NCBI GenBank assembly: GCA_016288795.1
Contig: JAEELI010000017.1
Span: 85,856 to 149,855, forward strand
Direction: 5' to 3'
DNA length: 64,000 bases
Source: Bacillales bacterium
GTDB taxonomy: Bacteria; Bacillota_I; Bacilli_A; RF39; UBA660
The first letter of the stretch is position 1. The number at the start of each line of letters is the position of its first letter. The notes beneath the pieces are model-generated. The model searched no databases and was not told the DNA's origin. It saw only the letters and a list, made by a program, of their open reading frames with translations. Shown one piece after another: positions 10,701-19,187 of the stretch. The translations under genes were made by a program, and so were the position numbers.

Positions 10701-10815
10701 AGATTATATTAAAAAAGAAACTTTAGCAATTAATATAGTTGAAAAAGATAACTTAAAAAATGAATTATCTGTTAATGGCATAAAAGTCCTAGTAGATATT
10801 GAAAAAGCAAAATAA
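7738..10815 (+). CDS. ileS: isoleucyl-tRNA synthetase
   Basis: HIGH-type motif (PGIHHVFAKT), KMSKS motif, 1025 aa, zinc-finger Cys clusters. Confidence 0.92.
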   Translation: MKNFESLDGREVHLVEKDIRERWQKENILDKCIENRKDNDNWVFYDGPIYANAAPGIHHVFAKTIKDAFCKYKTMQGYRVLRKIGLDTHGLPIEVNVEKKLGFTSKADIEKFGVENFCKECNKATAINIGEINKVTDMMGQFIDCDNPYVTCSNDYIESEWWIINELNKKGLIYHGSKVLPYCPRCGTELSSNEVAQGYESVSVNTVIVPFKLVNEDTYVLVWTTTPWTLMANVALCVNPSLEYLKVQSMGYNFIVGASLANSVLGDEYEVLDKYKGKDLVGLKYEQLLPFVKVEGKSFEIVADNYVTDSDGTGIVHIAPAYGEDDNRVCRENDITFINPVGKDGKYNEGPWKGRVVTSSELELDIIKYLKENDKLFKKIKMTHDYPHCWRCKEPLIYYAKPAWYVKNTKLKEEIIKENNKINWFPAYVGEKRFGNWLDNMIDWSISRNRYWGCPLPIWTCECGNFESIGSLDELQERLIEDIDVRKIELHRPYVDDLHIKCSKCGKTMERVKDVMDVWFDSGAMPYAQFHYPFENKELFESQFPADFIAEGIDQTRGWFYVLLVISTLLSGKSSFKNVVVNDMMLDKNGKKMSKSLGNIVNPVDIMTKYGADEVRFYLMYASPVWTPLKFDEEGIKEVHSKFFNPFKNTYNFFSMYATTDNIDIKDCQIAVKDREEIDKWLLSRYNSLLKNVYNSYEEYDLNKVVKYVTNFVSDDLSNWYIRRCRNRFWGSELNNSKKSVYITTYEVLVGLSKIIAPITPYISEEIYTKLTKEYSVHTSNFPKFDEKLIDLKLEEKMDYVRNLISMGRMVREESKIKVRTPLSEAIIDKNIYDKISDLIPLIEEELNVKKLVKEDNLSRYMNMTIKPNYKVVGRIFGSKLKEYEEFLSSSDIDELNKENVVFNGTTITKDMFEVKISSKEGFNVGVLNNLFIVLNTNLTEDLINEGHAREFVSKIQNMRKENSFEISDRINIYYSSLEFKPIVDHFGDYIKKETLAINIVEKDNLKNELSVNGIKVLVDIEKAK

Positions 10816-10887
10816 TAACCTTAACGGTTATTATTTTTTTGCTAGTTATTTTTATGTAATTAATTTATAATAGAACTAGGTGATTAT

Positions 10888-11799
10888 ATGAAAGATAAAA
10901 GAGTAGTATTTATGGGAACACCAGAATTTGCTTTAGAGCCATTAAAACTACTAATTGAAAAAACTAATGTAGTTTTAGTTGTAACTAAAAAAGATGCTCC
11001 TGTAGGAAGGAAAAAGATTCTTTCGCCTACACCTGTAAAGAAATTAGCTTTAGATAATAATATTCCGGTGTTTACTCCGGATTCTATAAAAAAAGAATAT
11101 CAAAAAGTTATAGATTATAAACCTGATATTATTATAACTTGTGCTTATGGAAAAATAATTCCTAAAGAATTAATTGATTATCCCAAATATGGTTGCATAA
11201 ATATTCATGCTTCATTACTTCCAAGTTATAGAGGGGCTGCTCCAATGCAATGGGCTCTAATAAATGGAGAAAAAGAAACAGGGATTACTCTTATGTTTAT
11301 GGATGAAACTATGGATACTGGTGATATTATTGGGACTATTAAATATAAAATAGAAGATAGTGATGATATAGGAATATTACATGATAAATTAAGTATATTA
11401 GGAAAAGAATTATTAGATAAAAATCTCAATGATTTATTAACTAATAATGTTAAAAGAATAAAACAAGATAATGAAAAAGCAACATATGCTCCAATGATAA
11501 CTAGAGAAATGGAAGAATTAGATTTTAATAATGAGGGAATAAATATAATTAACAAAATTAAAGCATTTAGTCCATGGCCTTTAGTTAAAACATCAATTTT
11601 AAATGAAGAGGTAAAAATAATAAAGGCTCATTATGAAAAGAAAAAAAGTGAAATAAACAAAGTATATTGTGACAAAAATTCTTTAGGAATCGGTTGTTTA
11701 GATGGTATAATTTATTTAGATATTATTAAACCAGTAGGTAAAAATAGTATGAATATTAAAGATTATCTAAATGGCAAAAAGGGTGATTTAAATGGATAA
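10888..11799 (+). CDS. fmt: methionyl-tRNA formyltransferase
   Basis: N-terminal MGTPEFA and formyltransferase core HASLLP motifs; 303 aa. Confidence 0.85.
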   Translation: MKDKRVVFMGTPEFALEPLKLLIEKTNVVLVVTKKDAPVGRKKILSPTPVKKLALDNNIPVFTPDSIKKEYQKVIDYKPDIIITCAYGKIIPKELIDYPKYGCINIHASLLPSYRGAAPMQWALINGEKETGITLMFMDETMDTGDIIGTIKYKIEDSDDIGILHDKLSILGKELLDKNLNDLLTNNVKRIKQDNEKATYAPMITREMEELDFNNEGINIINKIKAFSPWPLVKTSILNEEVKIIKAHYEKKKSEINKVYCDKNSLGIGCLDGIIYLDIIKPVGKNSMNIKDYLNGKKGDLNG

Positions 11800-12436
11800 T
11801 GATCGTTTTAATGCTTTAATAAGATTTGGTTTATGGATAGCATTTATTGTGGTTTTAGTAGTTATAGCTAGAACATCTCCACAAGTGAAAAAAGAACCAA
11901 TTATTAGTCCTGAGGTAGAAGAGAAAGAAGAAAAAACTGATTTATCTTTAGAAGAGATTTTAAATAACATAAACAATAATTATAGTTACGAATATACTAT
12001 TAGAATTAAAAACTTAGAATATACATATGTTGGAACTAAAATGTTAGATTCTAATGGAAATAATAAAGAGTATGGATTTAGAACAATAAAAAAAGAGAAT
12101 GCTACTGATAGTGATTATTTTGAATACTTTATAGATAATAATTGGACTTATGAAGTTAAAAATGGTGGTTTAGATAAAATAGATAATTCTAAAATATATA
12201 ATGGTATTAATGCTGATAACATAGACTTAAATAAAATAAAAGAGAGTATATTAGATATAGAATATACTCAAAATGATAAAGAATACACATATAATTTAGA
12301 TAAAAAAACCATTGTTATAATAGTCGAAGAAAATAACATCTTTAGTGTTAAAATAGAAGATTCAACAGGAACTTATGATTTAGTATTTAATGATATTAAT
12401 AATATAAAAGAAGTTAATTATAAAAAAGATAATTAA
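11792..12436 (+). CDS. membrane-anchored hypothetical protein (N-terminal TM, Asn/Lys-rich extracellular part)
   Basis: overlaps fmt stop; single N-terminal TM helix; no motif. Confidence 0.4.
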   Translation: MDNDRFNALIRFGLWIAFIVVLVVIARTSPQVKKEPIISPEVEEKEEKTDLSLEEILNNINNNYSYEYTIRIKNLEYTYVGTKMLDSNGNNKEYGFRTIKKENATDSDYFEYFIDNNWTYEVKNGGLDKIDNSKIYNGINADNIDLNKIKESILDIEYTQNDKEYTYNLDKKTIVIIVEENNIFSVKIEDSTGTYDLVFNDINNIKEVNYKKDN

Positions 12437-12443
12437 TTTAGTT

Positions 12444-12935
12444 TTAATTAAATTTAACAGTTATATATTTATTTACAGTGTATAATTCCTGAACGCTTCT
12501 TATTATTTGATTAGCTAAAGAATTATCATGTTTATTTGAGGCAATGACAATACTAATAGTATTGTCTTTTATTTTCACAAAAGAATCTAAACCGTGTTTA
12601 TTCTTAATAGTCATTTTAATTTTATTTTCTTCTGAAGAATTATCATTTAATTTTTGCATATCATCATATGCTTTATTCTTTTCTTCTAGAGAAGTCTCAG
12701 AATTTAATAATACATCTTGATATTCTTCTAATAGAGTCTCTCTTTCTTCTTCTTTTTCTACTTCCAATGCAACCAATTCATCAGATTCACTAATTTCAAT
12801 TACTTCTTTAGATAAATTATCACTTTCAGTTTTAAGAACTTTGGCTGCTTCGTCCCCAATACTAAGATAATAAAGTCCTAGTATAAGAATTAAAGAAAAA
12901 AGAGTTACAAACCATAGATTTTGTTTATTTATCAT
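12444..12935 (-). CDS. membrane-anchored acidic coiled protein, hypothetical
   Basis: N-terminal TM then Glu-rich segment; divergent from bacteriocin ABC transporter. Confidence 0.4.
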   Translation of the reverse strand: MINKQNLWFVTLFSLILILGLYYLSIGDEAAKVLKTESDNLSKEVIEISESDELVALEVEKEEERETLLEEYQDVLLNSETSLEEKNKAYDDMQKLNDNSSEENKIKMTIKNKHGLDSFVKIKDNTISIVIASNKHDNSLANQIIRSVQELYTVNKYITVKFN

Positions 12936-13047
12936 TATTATTTCTCCTAGTCTAATAAATAGTATGATTTTTTTTAAAAAAAATTACATTCAAAAAAAGG
13001 AAATTAACCTCAAGCATGCAAACATTAATAGTGAAGGGAGGAAAAGG

Positions 13048-15117
13048 ATGAAAAAAATAAAGCCTATTTTGCAAAGAGATTTAAAAGATTGTGGTGTTTG
13101 CTCAATGGAGTGGATAATTGAATACTATGATGGTTATGTTTCGTTGGAAAAATTAAGAGAAGATACTTGCACAAGTATCAACGGAACAACAGCTTATCAT
13201 ATAGTTGAAGCCTTTAAAAAGTGGGGATTTGATTCAGTGGGAGTTTTGGTTAATGATTTATTATCGCCCAGTGTTAAGTTTCCTTGCATTGCCCATTTGT
13301 CTTTAAAAAATGGTTTAGAACATTTTGTCGTTATCAAGGAGATATCTAAAAACACAATATATATAATGGATCCAGGTGTTGGCGATATCAAATGGACAAT
13401 CAAGTATTTTTCGGAATTGTGGACTGGACATCTCATAATGGCATATCCAAGAGAAAAGATTATTAAAATGGAAAAAGAAATACATATTAGTGATTTATTT
13501 ATCAAAATTATTAGAAACGAAAAAAGTCTTGTTAAAAAAGTGATAGCCACTAGTATGATTTGGACTATTTTGTTAATTATATCAAGCTATTATTTAAAAA
13601 TAGCAAGTGCTTTATTAACAGAAAATTCTTTATTATTAAAAATAATTATTATAATCTTTGGGATAGTAATTATTATTAAAGTTTGGTCTTTATTTGTTCG
13701 ATCTTATTATGAAAATCATTTAAGCAATTTGGTTGATACTTATATTTATCCAGAGTTTATTCGGCATCTTTTTTTCCTTCCTTTAAAAAGTATCAAGAGT
13801 AGAACTACTGGGGAAATAATTACTAGAGTAAGTGATTTATCAAATATAAAAAGCTTATTCTCTGATATTTTTGTGACAGTTGTATTGGACTCATTAATGA
13901 TACTTATATCCGGTATTATTTTATTAACTATTAATACAAAGTTATTTGCGATATTAATAATATTTATAATTATTTATTCCTTAATTGGGATAATTGTTAG
14001 CAAGATAATGTTTAAAAAAATAATGGCTAATATCAGCTATCAAACAGATTTTAATGGTTTCTTAGTTGAAGCAATTGAAATGTTTGAAAGTGTTAAAAAC
14101 TTAAATTGTTCAGATATTATTTTAAATGTTATAGAAAATAAACTATCAAAGTATTTATTAAGTAATTATGAGTTTATTAATTTTTTTAACAAAAGTAATT
14201 TTGTTAAAGAGTCATTATTAGAATTATGTCTATTTTTAATTAATTCTTTAGGCTTATGGTTAGTTTATTCTCAAAAACTCGCTATAATTGATTTGTTTAC
14301 TTTTAATATAATTATTTCATATTGTTTAGATCCTGTGAAAAATATTATAAACATGTTACCAAAGTATAATTATATAAAAGCAACATTTAAGAAAATCGAA
14401 GAGTTTATCGAATTAGAAGAAGAAAAAATTAATTCTAATAGTGTGATAGATGTTCAAGGGGATATTGTCTTTAGTAATGTAGGTTATTCCTATAATAATT
14501 ATGATTATTTAATAAATGATTGTAATTTAACAATAAAAAAAGGAAGTCATGTTTTATTAAATGGTCCTTCAGGTATAGGAAAATCTACTATATGTAAACT
14601 TATTTATAAAGAAATGGAACCTACTAAAGGAAATATAATGATTGGAAACAATAATACAAAAGATTTGGATATGACTAGTATTAGAAATAGTGTTTTGTAT
14701 ATTGGACAAAATGAAGAGATATTTACAGGTAGTATTAGAGATAATATTGTCTTAAATAGGAAAATATCTGAAAATGAATTTCAAACAATTTGTGATTTGT
14801 GTGAAATTGAAGAGATAGTTTCAAAAAAAGAAATGCGCTTTAATTCTTTAATTGATCCATCTTCCAAAACTATATCCGGCGGTGAGAAACAAAGAATAGT
14901 TTTAGCAAGAGGGTTACTTAAAAGAGCCAATATTATAATTTTAGATGAAGCTCTTTCAGAAGTGGATGAAATGTTAGAAACAAAGATTATTGGTCAACTT
15001 AGGAAACATTTTCAAGACAAAACGATTATTTATATTTCTCATAAGAATCAAATTAATAACTTTAATGACACAATTAATTTAGGAGTTAAAAATGAATTAT
15101 TACAAAATAAATTATGA
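13048..15117 (+). CDS. bacteriocin-processing ABC transporter with N-terminal C39 peptidase domain (double-glycine leader cleavage/export)
   Basis: C39 catalytic Cys context QRDLKDCGVCSM; six TM region; Walker A LNGPSGIGKST, signature ISGGEKQRIVLAR, Walker B IIILDEA; start moved to ATG 13048 after GAAGGGAGG RBS. Confidence 0.85.
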   Translation: MKKIKPILQRDLKDCGVCSMEWIIEYYDGYVSLEKLREDTCTSINGTTAYHIVEAFKKWGFDSVGVLVNDLLSPSVKFPCIAHLSLKNGLEHFVVIKEISKNTIYIMDPGVGDIKWTIKYFSELWTGHLIMAYPREKIIKMEKEIHISDLFIKIIRNEKSLVKKVIATSMIWTILLIISSYYLKIASALLTENSLLLKIIIIIFGIVIIIKVWSLFVRSYYENHLSNLVDTYIYPEFIRHLFFLPLKSIKSRTTGEIITRVSDLSNIKSLFSDIFVTVVLDSLMILISGIILLTINTKLFAILIIFIIIYSLIGIIVSKIMFKKIMANISYQTDFNGFLVEAIEMFESVKNLNCSDIILNVIENKLSKYLLSNYEFINFFNKSNFVKESLLELCLFLINSLGLWLVYSQKLAIIDLFTFNIIISYCLDPVKNIINMLPKYNYIKATFKKIEEFIELEEEKINSNSVIDVQGDIVFSNVGYSYNNYDYLINDCNLTIKKGSHVLLNGPSGIGKSTICKLIYKEMEPTKGNIMIGNNNTKDLDMTSIRNSVLYIGQNEEIFTGSIRDNIVLNRKISENEFQTICDLCEIEEIVSKKEMRFNSLIDPSSKTISGGEKQRIVLARGLLKRANIIILDEALSEVDEMLETKIIGQLRKHFQDKTIIYISHKNQINNFNDTINLGVKNELLQNKL

Positions 15118-15502
15118 TAAATTACTTAATATTAGACAAAAGAAATATTTTTTAGGACTAATGATTTTAATAATGATATTTACTGTTTCTATAATAATAA
15201 TATCTTTGATTGAATTTGATAGTTGGAATGATGTCTATGGTATATATAGCAATAATAGATTACATATAAAGATAAATAAAGCACTTTCTGATGTAGTTAA
15301 AAACAATAAATCTTTAGTGTTCAATCAAAAAATTGTTAATTATAAAATAGATAAATATTTAAATGATGAAATTATAGATAATTATATATATCAAAATATT
15401 GATTTAATTGTTGATAATAATTTTGCGGAAGATGAAATTGTCTTAGTATCTTTTAAAAGTAAAAAGACACTAGGGAAATATATTTTTGAATTATTTAAAT
15501 GA
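15092..15502 (+). CDS. short membrane protein coupled to the C39-ABC gene (truncated accessory-like or immunity candidate)
   Basis: overlaps ABC stop; cytoplasmic N-term + one TM (FLGLMILIMIFTVSIIIISLI) as in LcnD/ComB N-termini but only 136 aa. Confidence 0.4.
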   Translation: MNYYKINYDKLLNIRQKKYFLGLMILIMIFTVSIIIISLIEFDSWNDVYGIYSNNRLHIKINKALSDVVKNNKSLVFNQKIVNYKIDKYLNDEIIDNYIYQNIDLIVDNNFAEDEIVLVSFKSKKTLGKYIFELFK

Positions 15503-15511
15503 GGAGGTAAT

Positions 15512-15652
15512 GTGAGTAAGTTAGATAATGAGGAAATGTTAAATGTTAAAGGTGGTGGAGCGGCCTTATTAACAGCTTTTGAAGTGACAAGTATTTTTAT
15601 ATTTGTTATGGGGTTTATAAAAGGTTATAAGAAAGCCCCTAGATGTCCATAA
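15512..15652 (+). CDS. double-glycine-leader bacteriocin precursor 1 (46 aa, GTG start; not in ORF track)
   Basis: GAGGAGG RBS; leader MSKLDNEEMLNVKGG with hydrophobics at -4/-7/-12/-15 and EE at -8/-9; mature GAALLTAFEVTSIFIFVMGFIKGYKKAPRCP. Confidence 0.7.
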   Translation: MSKLDNEEMLNVKGGGAALLTAFEVTSIFIFVMGFIKGYKKAPRCP

Positions 15653-15661
15653 GGAGGTAAT

Positions 15662-15796
15662 ATGTTAGATAACGAAGAATTATTAACTATTACTGGTGGT
15701 GCTTTTAAATTAAAACTTATCAGTATAGTTGGTGGATTTGTTGTATTTCTAATCGGGGTTGTAGATGGAATTATAAATCCTAAAAAATGTAATTAA
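15662..15796 (+). CDS. double-glycine-leader bacteriocin precursor 2 (44 aa; not in ORF track)
   Basis: AAGGAGG RBS; leader MLDNEELLTITGG; mature AFKLKLISIVGGFVVFLIGVVDGIINPKKCN. Confidence 0.75.
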   Translation: MLDNEELLTITGGAFKLKLISIVGGFVVFLIGVVDGIINPKKCN

Positions 15797-15806
15797 GGAG
15801 GTATTT

Positions 15807-15968
15807 ATGTTAAGTAGTGAAGAATTGCTAGATATTAAAGGTGGATCATGGACTGCAACATTGTTAAATGCTGTTTCTCGTCTAATTACTACAATGTTGG
15901 GTTTAGGCCAAGTTTTTGGTTCATCTGTCAGAAGAGTAGTAACAGGAAAAACATGTAAAATTAATTAA
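15807..15968 (+). CDS. double-glycine-leader bacteriocin precursor 3 (53 aa; not in ORF track)
   Basis: AAGGAGG RBS; leader MLSSEELLDIKGG; mature SWTATLLNAVSRLITTMLGLGQVFGSSVRRVVTGKTCKIN. Confidence 0.75.
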   Translation: MLSSEELLDIKGGSWTATLLNAVSRLITTMLGLGQVFGSSVRRVVTGKTCKIN

Positions 15969-15997
15969 TCGTAATTTTACAAAACTTTGCTTTTTTG

Positions 15998-16026
15998 TTG
16001 TCAAATCAATTTGCTAGTGTTATAAT
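15998..16026 (+). promoter_or_regulatory. sigma-A-type promoter upstream of rpsU
   Basis: TTGTCA, 17-nt spacer, extended -10 TGtTATAAT. Confidence 0.5.
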
Positions 16027-16056
16027 ATCTTCAGTTAAAGGAAGGGAGGGCGAATT

Positions 16057-16242
16057 ATGACAAAGGTTGTTGTTCAAAACGGCAATATTGATGGTGCACT
16101 AAAGAAATTTAAAGCTAAGGTTGCAAGAAGCGGAGTCCCTTCAGAACTTAAGAAAAGAAAATTCCATGTTAAACCTGGAGTTGAAAGAAGAATAAAAAAA
16201 GAAGAAGGAATTAAAAATTCTCATAAAAAAAATCATAATTAA
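16057..16242 (+). CDS. rpsU: 30S ribosomal protein S21
   Basis: 61 aa basic protein, GAGGG RBS, conserved S21 N-terminus and position next to yqeY. Confidence 0.9.
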   Translation: MTKVVVQNGNIDGALKKFKAKVARSGVPSELKKRKFHVKPGVERRIKKEEGIKNSHKKNHN

Positions 16243-16244
16243 GG

Positions 16245-16691
16245 ATGGTTAAAATGTTAGATAAAATAAATGAAGATTTAAAAAGTGCTTTAAAAAGTGG
16301 TGATAGATTTAGATTATCAGTGTTAAGAATGATTAAAAGCGCTCTTCAATTAGAATCTATAAGTAAAAAAGAAGAATTGTCTGATGCTGATATTTGTAAT
16401 GTTTTAAAGAAACAAGTTAAACAAAGAAATGAATCTATTAGAGAATATGAGGAATTAAATAAATCTAGCGTTGTTGCGGATTTAAAAAAGGAAGTAGATA
16501 TTATTAATGAATATCTACCTGAAGAAGCTTCAATTGAACAAATAAACGAAGTCATTGATAAAGCATTCGCAGAAATAAAACCAACTAGTATGAAAGAAAT
16601 GGGATTAATAATGAAATATGTTTCTTCCAACTTAAGCAATGCTGACAATGGAAAAGTAAGTGAAATTGTTAAGAAAAGACTTAGTAATTAA
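16245..16691 (+). CDS. yqeY: GatB/YqeY domain protein
   Basis: 148 aa, conserved rpsU-yqeY synteny, YqeY-like sequence. Confidence 0.75.
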   Translation: MVKMLDKINEDLKSALKSGDRFRLSVLRMIKSALQLESISKKEELSDADICNVLKKQVKQRNESIREYEELNKSSVVADLKKEVDIINEYLPEEASIEQINEVIDKAFAEIKPTSMKEMGLIMKYVSSNLSNADNGKVSEIVKKRLSN

Positions 16692-16727
16692 GTCTTTTTT
16701 CATTTCTATAATAATATATTATTATAG

Positions 16728-16982
16728 ATGAATGGATTACATATTAAGGGAACATTGAAAAGTTTTTTATATGATTTAAATAATTTCATAACTATATATG
16801 ATAATTATTTATATGTATTTAATTATCAAAGTTTAAATAAACTGAGTTCTAAAAAGATAGAACTAGATTTTAGTAATTGGAAAATAGTAATATATGGCGA
16901 AGATTTAAATATAAGACAAATGACTAAACAGGAATTGCTACTACAAGGGACTATATTGAAAGTCGAGTTTAATTATGAATAA
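16728..16982 (+). CDS. YqfC-like sporulation protein (84 aa)
   Basis: size and position upstream of yqfD-like gene as in Bacillus yqfC-yqfD. Confidence 0.4.
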   Translation: MNGLHIKGTLKSFLYDLNNFITIYDNYLYVFNYQSLNKLSSKKIELDFSNWKIVIYGEDLNIRQMTKQELLLQGTILKVEFNYE

Positions 16983-18126
16983 TAACTTAGTTAGAGTAAA
17001 GATAAGAACTAGTAACTATTATAAATTGTTATTAAAAATATCTAAAATGGATATATCAATTTTAGATATTGATAGATATAATAATTATGTAATCATTAAG
17101 ATAACCATTAGTGATTACGAAAAAATAAAAAATGTTTTACAAAACTACAATATAGAAATATATGATGTATTAGGAATTATAAAAATTAAAAATACTATTT
17201 TTAAACATTTAGTATTTTTTATATCTTGTCTTTTAGCTATTAGCTTATTATTCATCGCAAATAATATGATTTTTAAAATCAATATTATTTGCTCTAATGA
17301 AGAAATAAAAGAAATTATTCTTGAGGACTTAAATAGGTTCAATTTAAGTCCAATGCATTTCAAAAAAAGGCATAAAGAAATAGAGGGCATAGTTAAAGAA
17401 ATAACCAAAAAGAATAAAAACCTTATAGAATTTTTGGAAATAGCATATGATGGTCTAATTATGAATGTAGTAGTTCAGGAAAGGATGAACTATATTAGCA
17501 ATAAAGAACATCCCTTTTGTGATATTGTAGCAAAAAAAGAGGCTAAAATAGTAGGAATTAATATTCAAAAAGGAGAAATGTTAAAAACCATTAATGATTA
17601 TGTTTATAAAGGAGAAACTATAATAAGTGGTACAATAAAACATAATGATGAAATAAAAAATACAGTATGTGCCCAAGGGACTATTTATGGAGAAGTATGG
17701 TCTAAAGTAATTATTAATTATCCATTAGAAGAAGAAAGTATTATATATACAGGTAAGAAAAGATATAATATTGAAATAAAAAGCAATAATGATGAATATA
17801 TGGTTTTTAAAAGCAGGGTAAAGTTTCCCAAAAAAGAAAAAGAAAGAATCTATACATATAATAATTTTGAAATAAATTTAGTTAAAGAAGTTGAAACAAA
17901 GAAAATAATGAAAAAACTTAGCGAAAAAGAAGCTTTAAATAAAGCATTAACTAGGGCATTACAAGCAATTAAAATTAAATTAAATTCAAATGAAGAAATA
18001 AAATATCAAAAAGTTTTGAAAAAAGAGATAAATGATAGTAAAATATACTTAGAAGTGTTTGTGATCACAAAAGAAATAATAGGGGAAGTAAAAATACTTG
18101 AGGAGGTAGCTGGTAGTGGTATCTAA
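16975..18126 (+). CDS. YqfD-like (stage IV sporulation-type) membrane protein
   Basis: 383 aa with single TM near residue 80-95, overlaps upstream stop, synteny. Confidence 0.45.
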   Translation: MNNNLVRVKIRTSNYYKLLLKISKMDISILDIDRYNNYVIIKITISDYEKIKNVLQNYNIEIYDVLGIIKIKNTIFKHLVFFISCLLAISLLFIANNMIFKINIICSNEEIKEIILEDLNRFNLSPMHFKKRHKEIEGIVKEITKKNKNLIEFLEIAYDGLIMNVVVQERMNYISNKEHPFCDIVAKKEAKIVGINIQKGEMLKTINDYVYKGETIISGTIKHNDEIKNTVCAQGTIYGEVWSKVIINYPLEEESIIYTGKKRYNIEIKSNNDEYMVFKSRVKFPKKEKERIYTYNNFEINLVKEVETKKIMKKLSEKEALNKALTRALQAIKIKLNSNEEIKYQKVLKKEINDSKIYLEVFVITKEIIGEVKILEEVAGSGI

Positions 18127-18742
18127 GTTAATACTTAAAATAATAAACAGTGTATGGCCAATGATGATGGTATTTATCGTTGTTATATCTTTACTAAGAT
18201 TCTTTTACTTAAAGAATCATCGTGAAAAGTTTTCTTTTTACAAAGAATTTTGGTATGTCTTAGCCATCATGTATATATGGTTATTATTTGAAATATTAAC
18301 TATGACTGAATTAAATAGCACAAGTGGCATTAATTTAGTCCCTTTTTCAGAAATACTTCGTTATAAAATAGGAACTAAAATGTTTAATTATAATGTTTTA
18401 GGAAACATTATAATATTCATTCCCTTCGGTTATTTAGTTGGTTCCTATGTAAATTCTAAAAACATATGGCCAGTTTTATTAACAGCCATTTCTACCAGTG
18501 TAGTAGTTGAATTTGTTCAATTAAGAATAGGTAGAAGTTTTGATATTGATGATATTATTTTAAATATCGTCGGAGCAATTATTGGTTATATAGTGTATAA
18601 AGGATTAAAATGGCTTAATAAGAAGTTACCAGATTTTTTGAAAAGCGAGTTAATAAAAAATCTTATATGTATATTAATAATCGCATTATTCTGTATATAC
18701 ATATTTGGTTATTGGGGAGTTGTATTTAATGCTGGATTATAG
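18116..18742 (+). CDS. VanZ-family membrane protein
   Basis: multi-TM, motif GNIIIFIPFGYLVG typical of VanZ-like proteins. Confidence 0.55.
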   Translation: MVSKLILKIINSVWPMMMVFIVVISLLRFFYLKNHREKFSFYKEFWYVLAIMYIWLLFEILTMTELNSTSGINLVPFSEILRYKIGTKMFNYNVLGNIIIFIPFGYLVGSYVNSKNIWPVLLTAISTSVVVEFVQLRIGRSFDIDDIILNIVGAIIGYIVYKGLKWLNKKLPDFLKSELIKNLICILIIALFCIYIFGYWGVVFNAGL

Positions 18743-19187
18743 TATTACAAATGAATATGGTTACAATAAGGATTATAGTTATTTAGATGATGCAATCAAA
18801 AGAACTTTAAAACATGAAAAAATAGATAATGCTAATTTTAGTGTAGTGTTTGTAGATAATGAAAAAATACAATATTTAAATAAGAATTATCGAAACATAG
18901 ATAAGGTTACTGATGTTATATCATTTGCATTTGAAGATAATGAAAGAATAATATATAATAATATGAGGTTTTTGGGAGAAATATATATATGCATACCAAA
19001 AATGATAGAACAAGCAAAAGAGTATGGTCATAGCGAAGAAAGAGAATTAGCATTCTTAACTGTTCATGGATTATTACATTTGCTAGGATATGATCATATG
19101 ACTAAAGAAGATGAAAAAATAATGTTTGGATTACAGGAGTTGATATTAAATGAAGATGAACGAACAAAAAGAAGTAGGATTAGTTAG
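18729..19187 (+). CDS. ybeY: rRNA maturation endoribonuclease YbeY
   Basis: metal-binding motif HGLLHLLGYDH; start set at MLDYS to avoid overlap artefact. Confidence 0.8.
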   Translation: MLDYSITNEYGYNKDYSYLDDAIKRTLKHEKIDNANFSVVFVDNEKIQYLNKNYRNIDKVTDVISFAFEDNERIIYNNMRFLGEIYICIPKMIEQAKEYGHSEERELAFLTVHGLLHLLGYDHMTKEDEKIMFGLQELILNEDERTKRSRIS

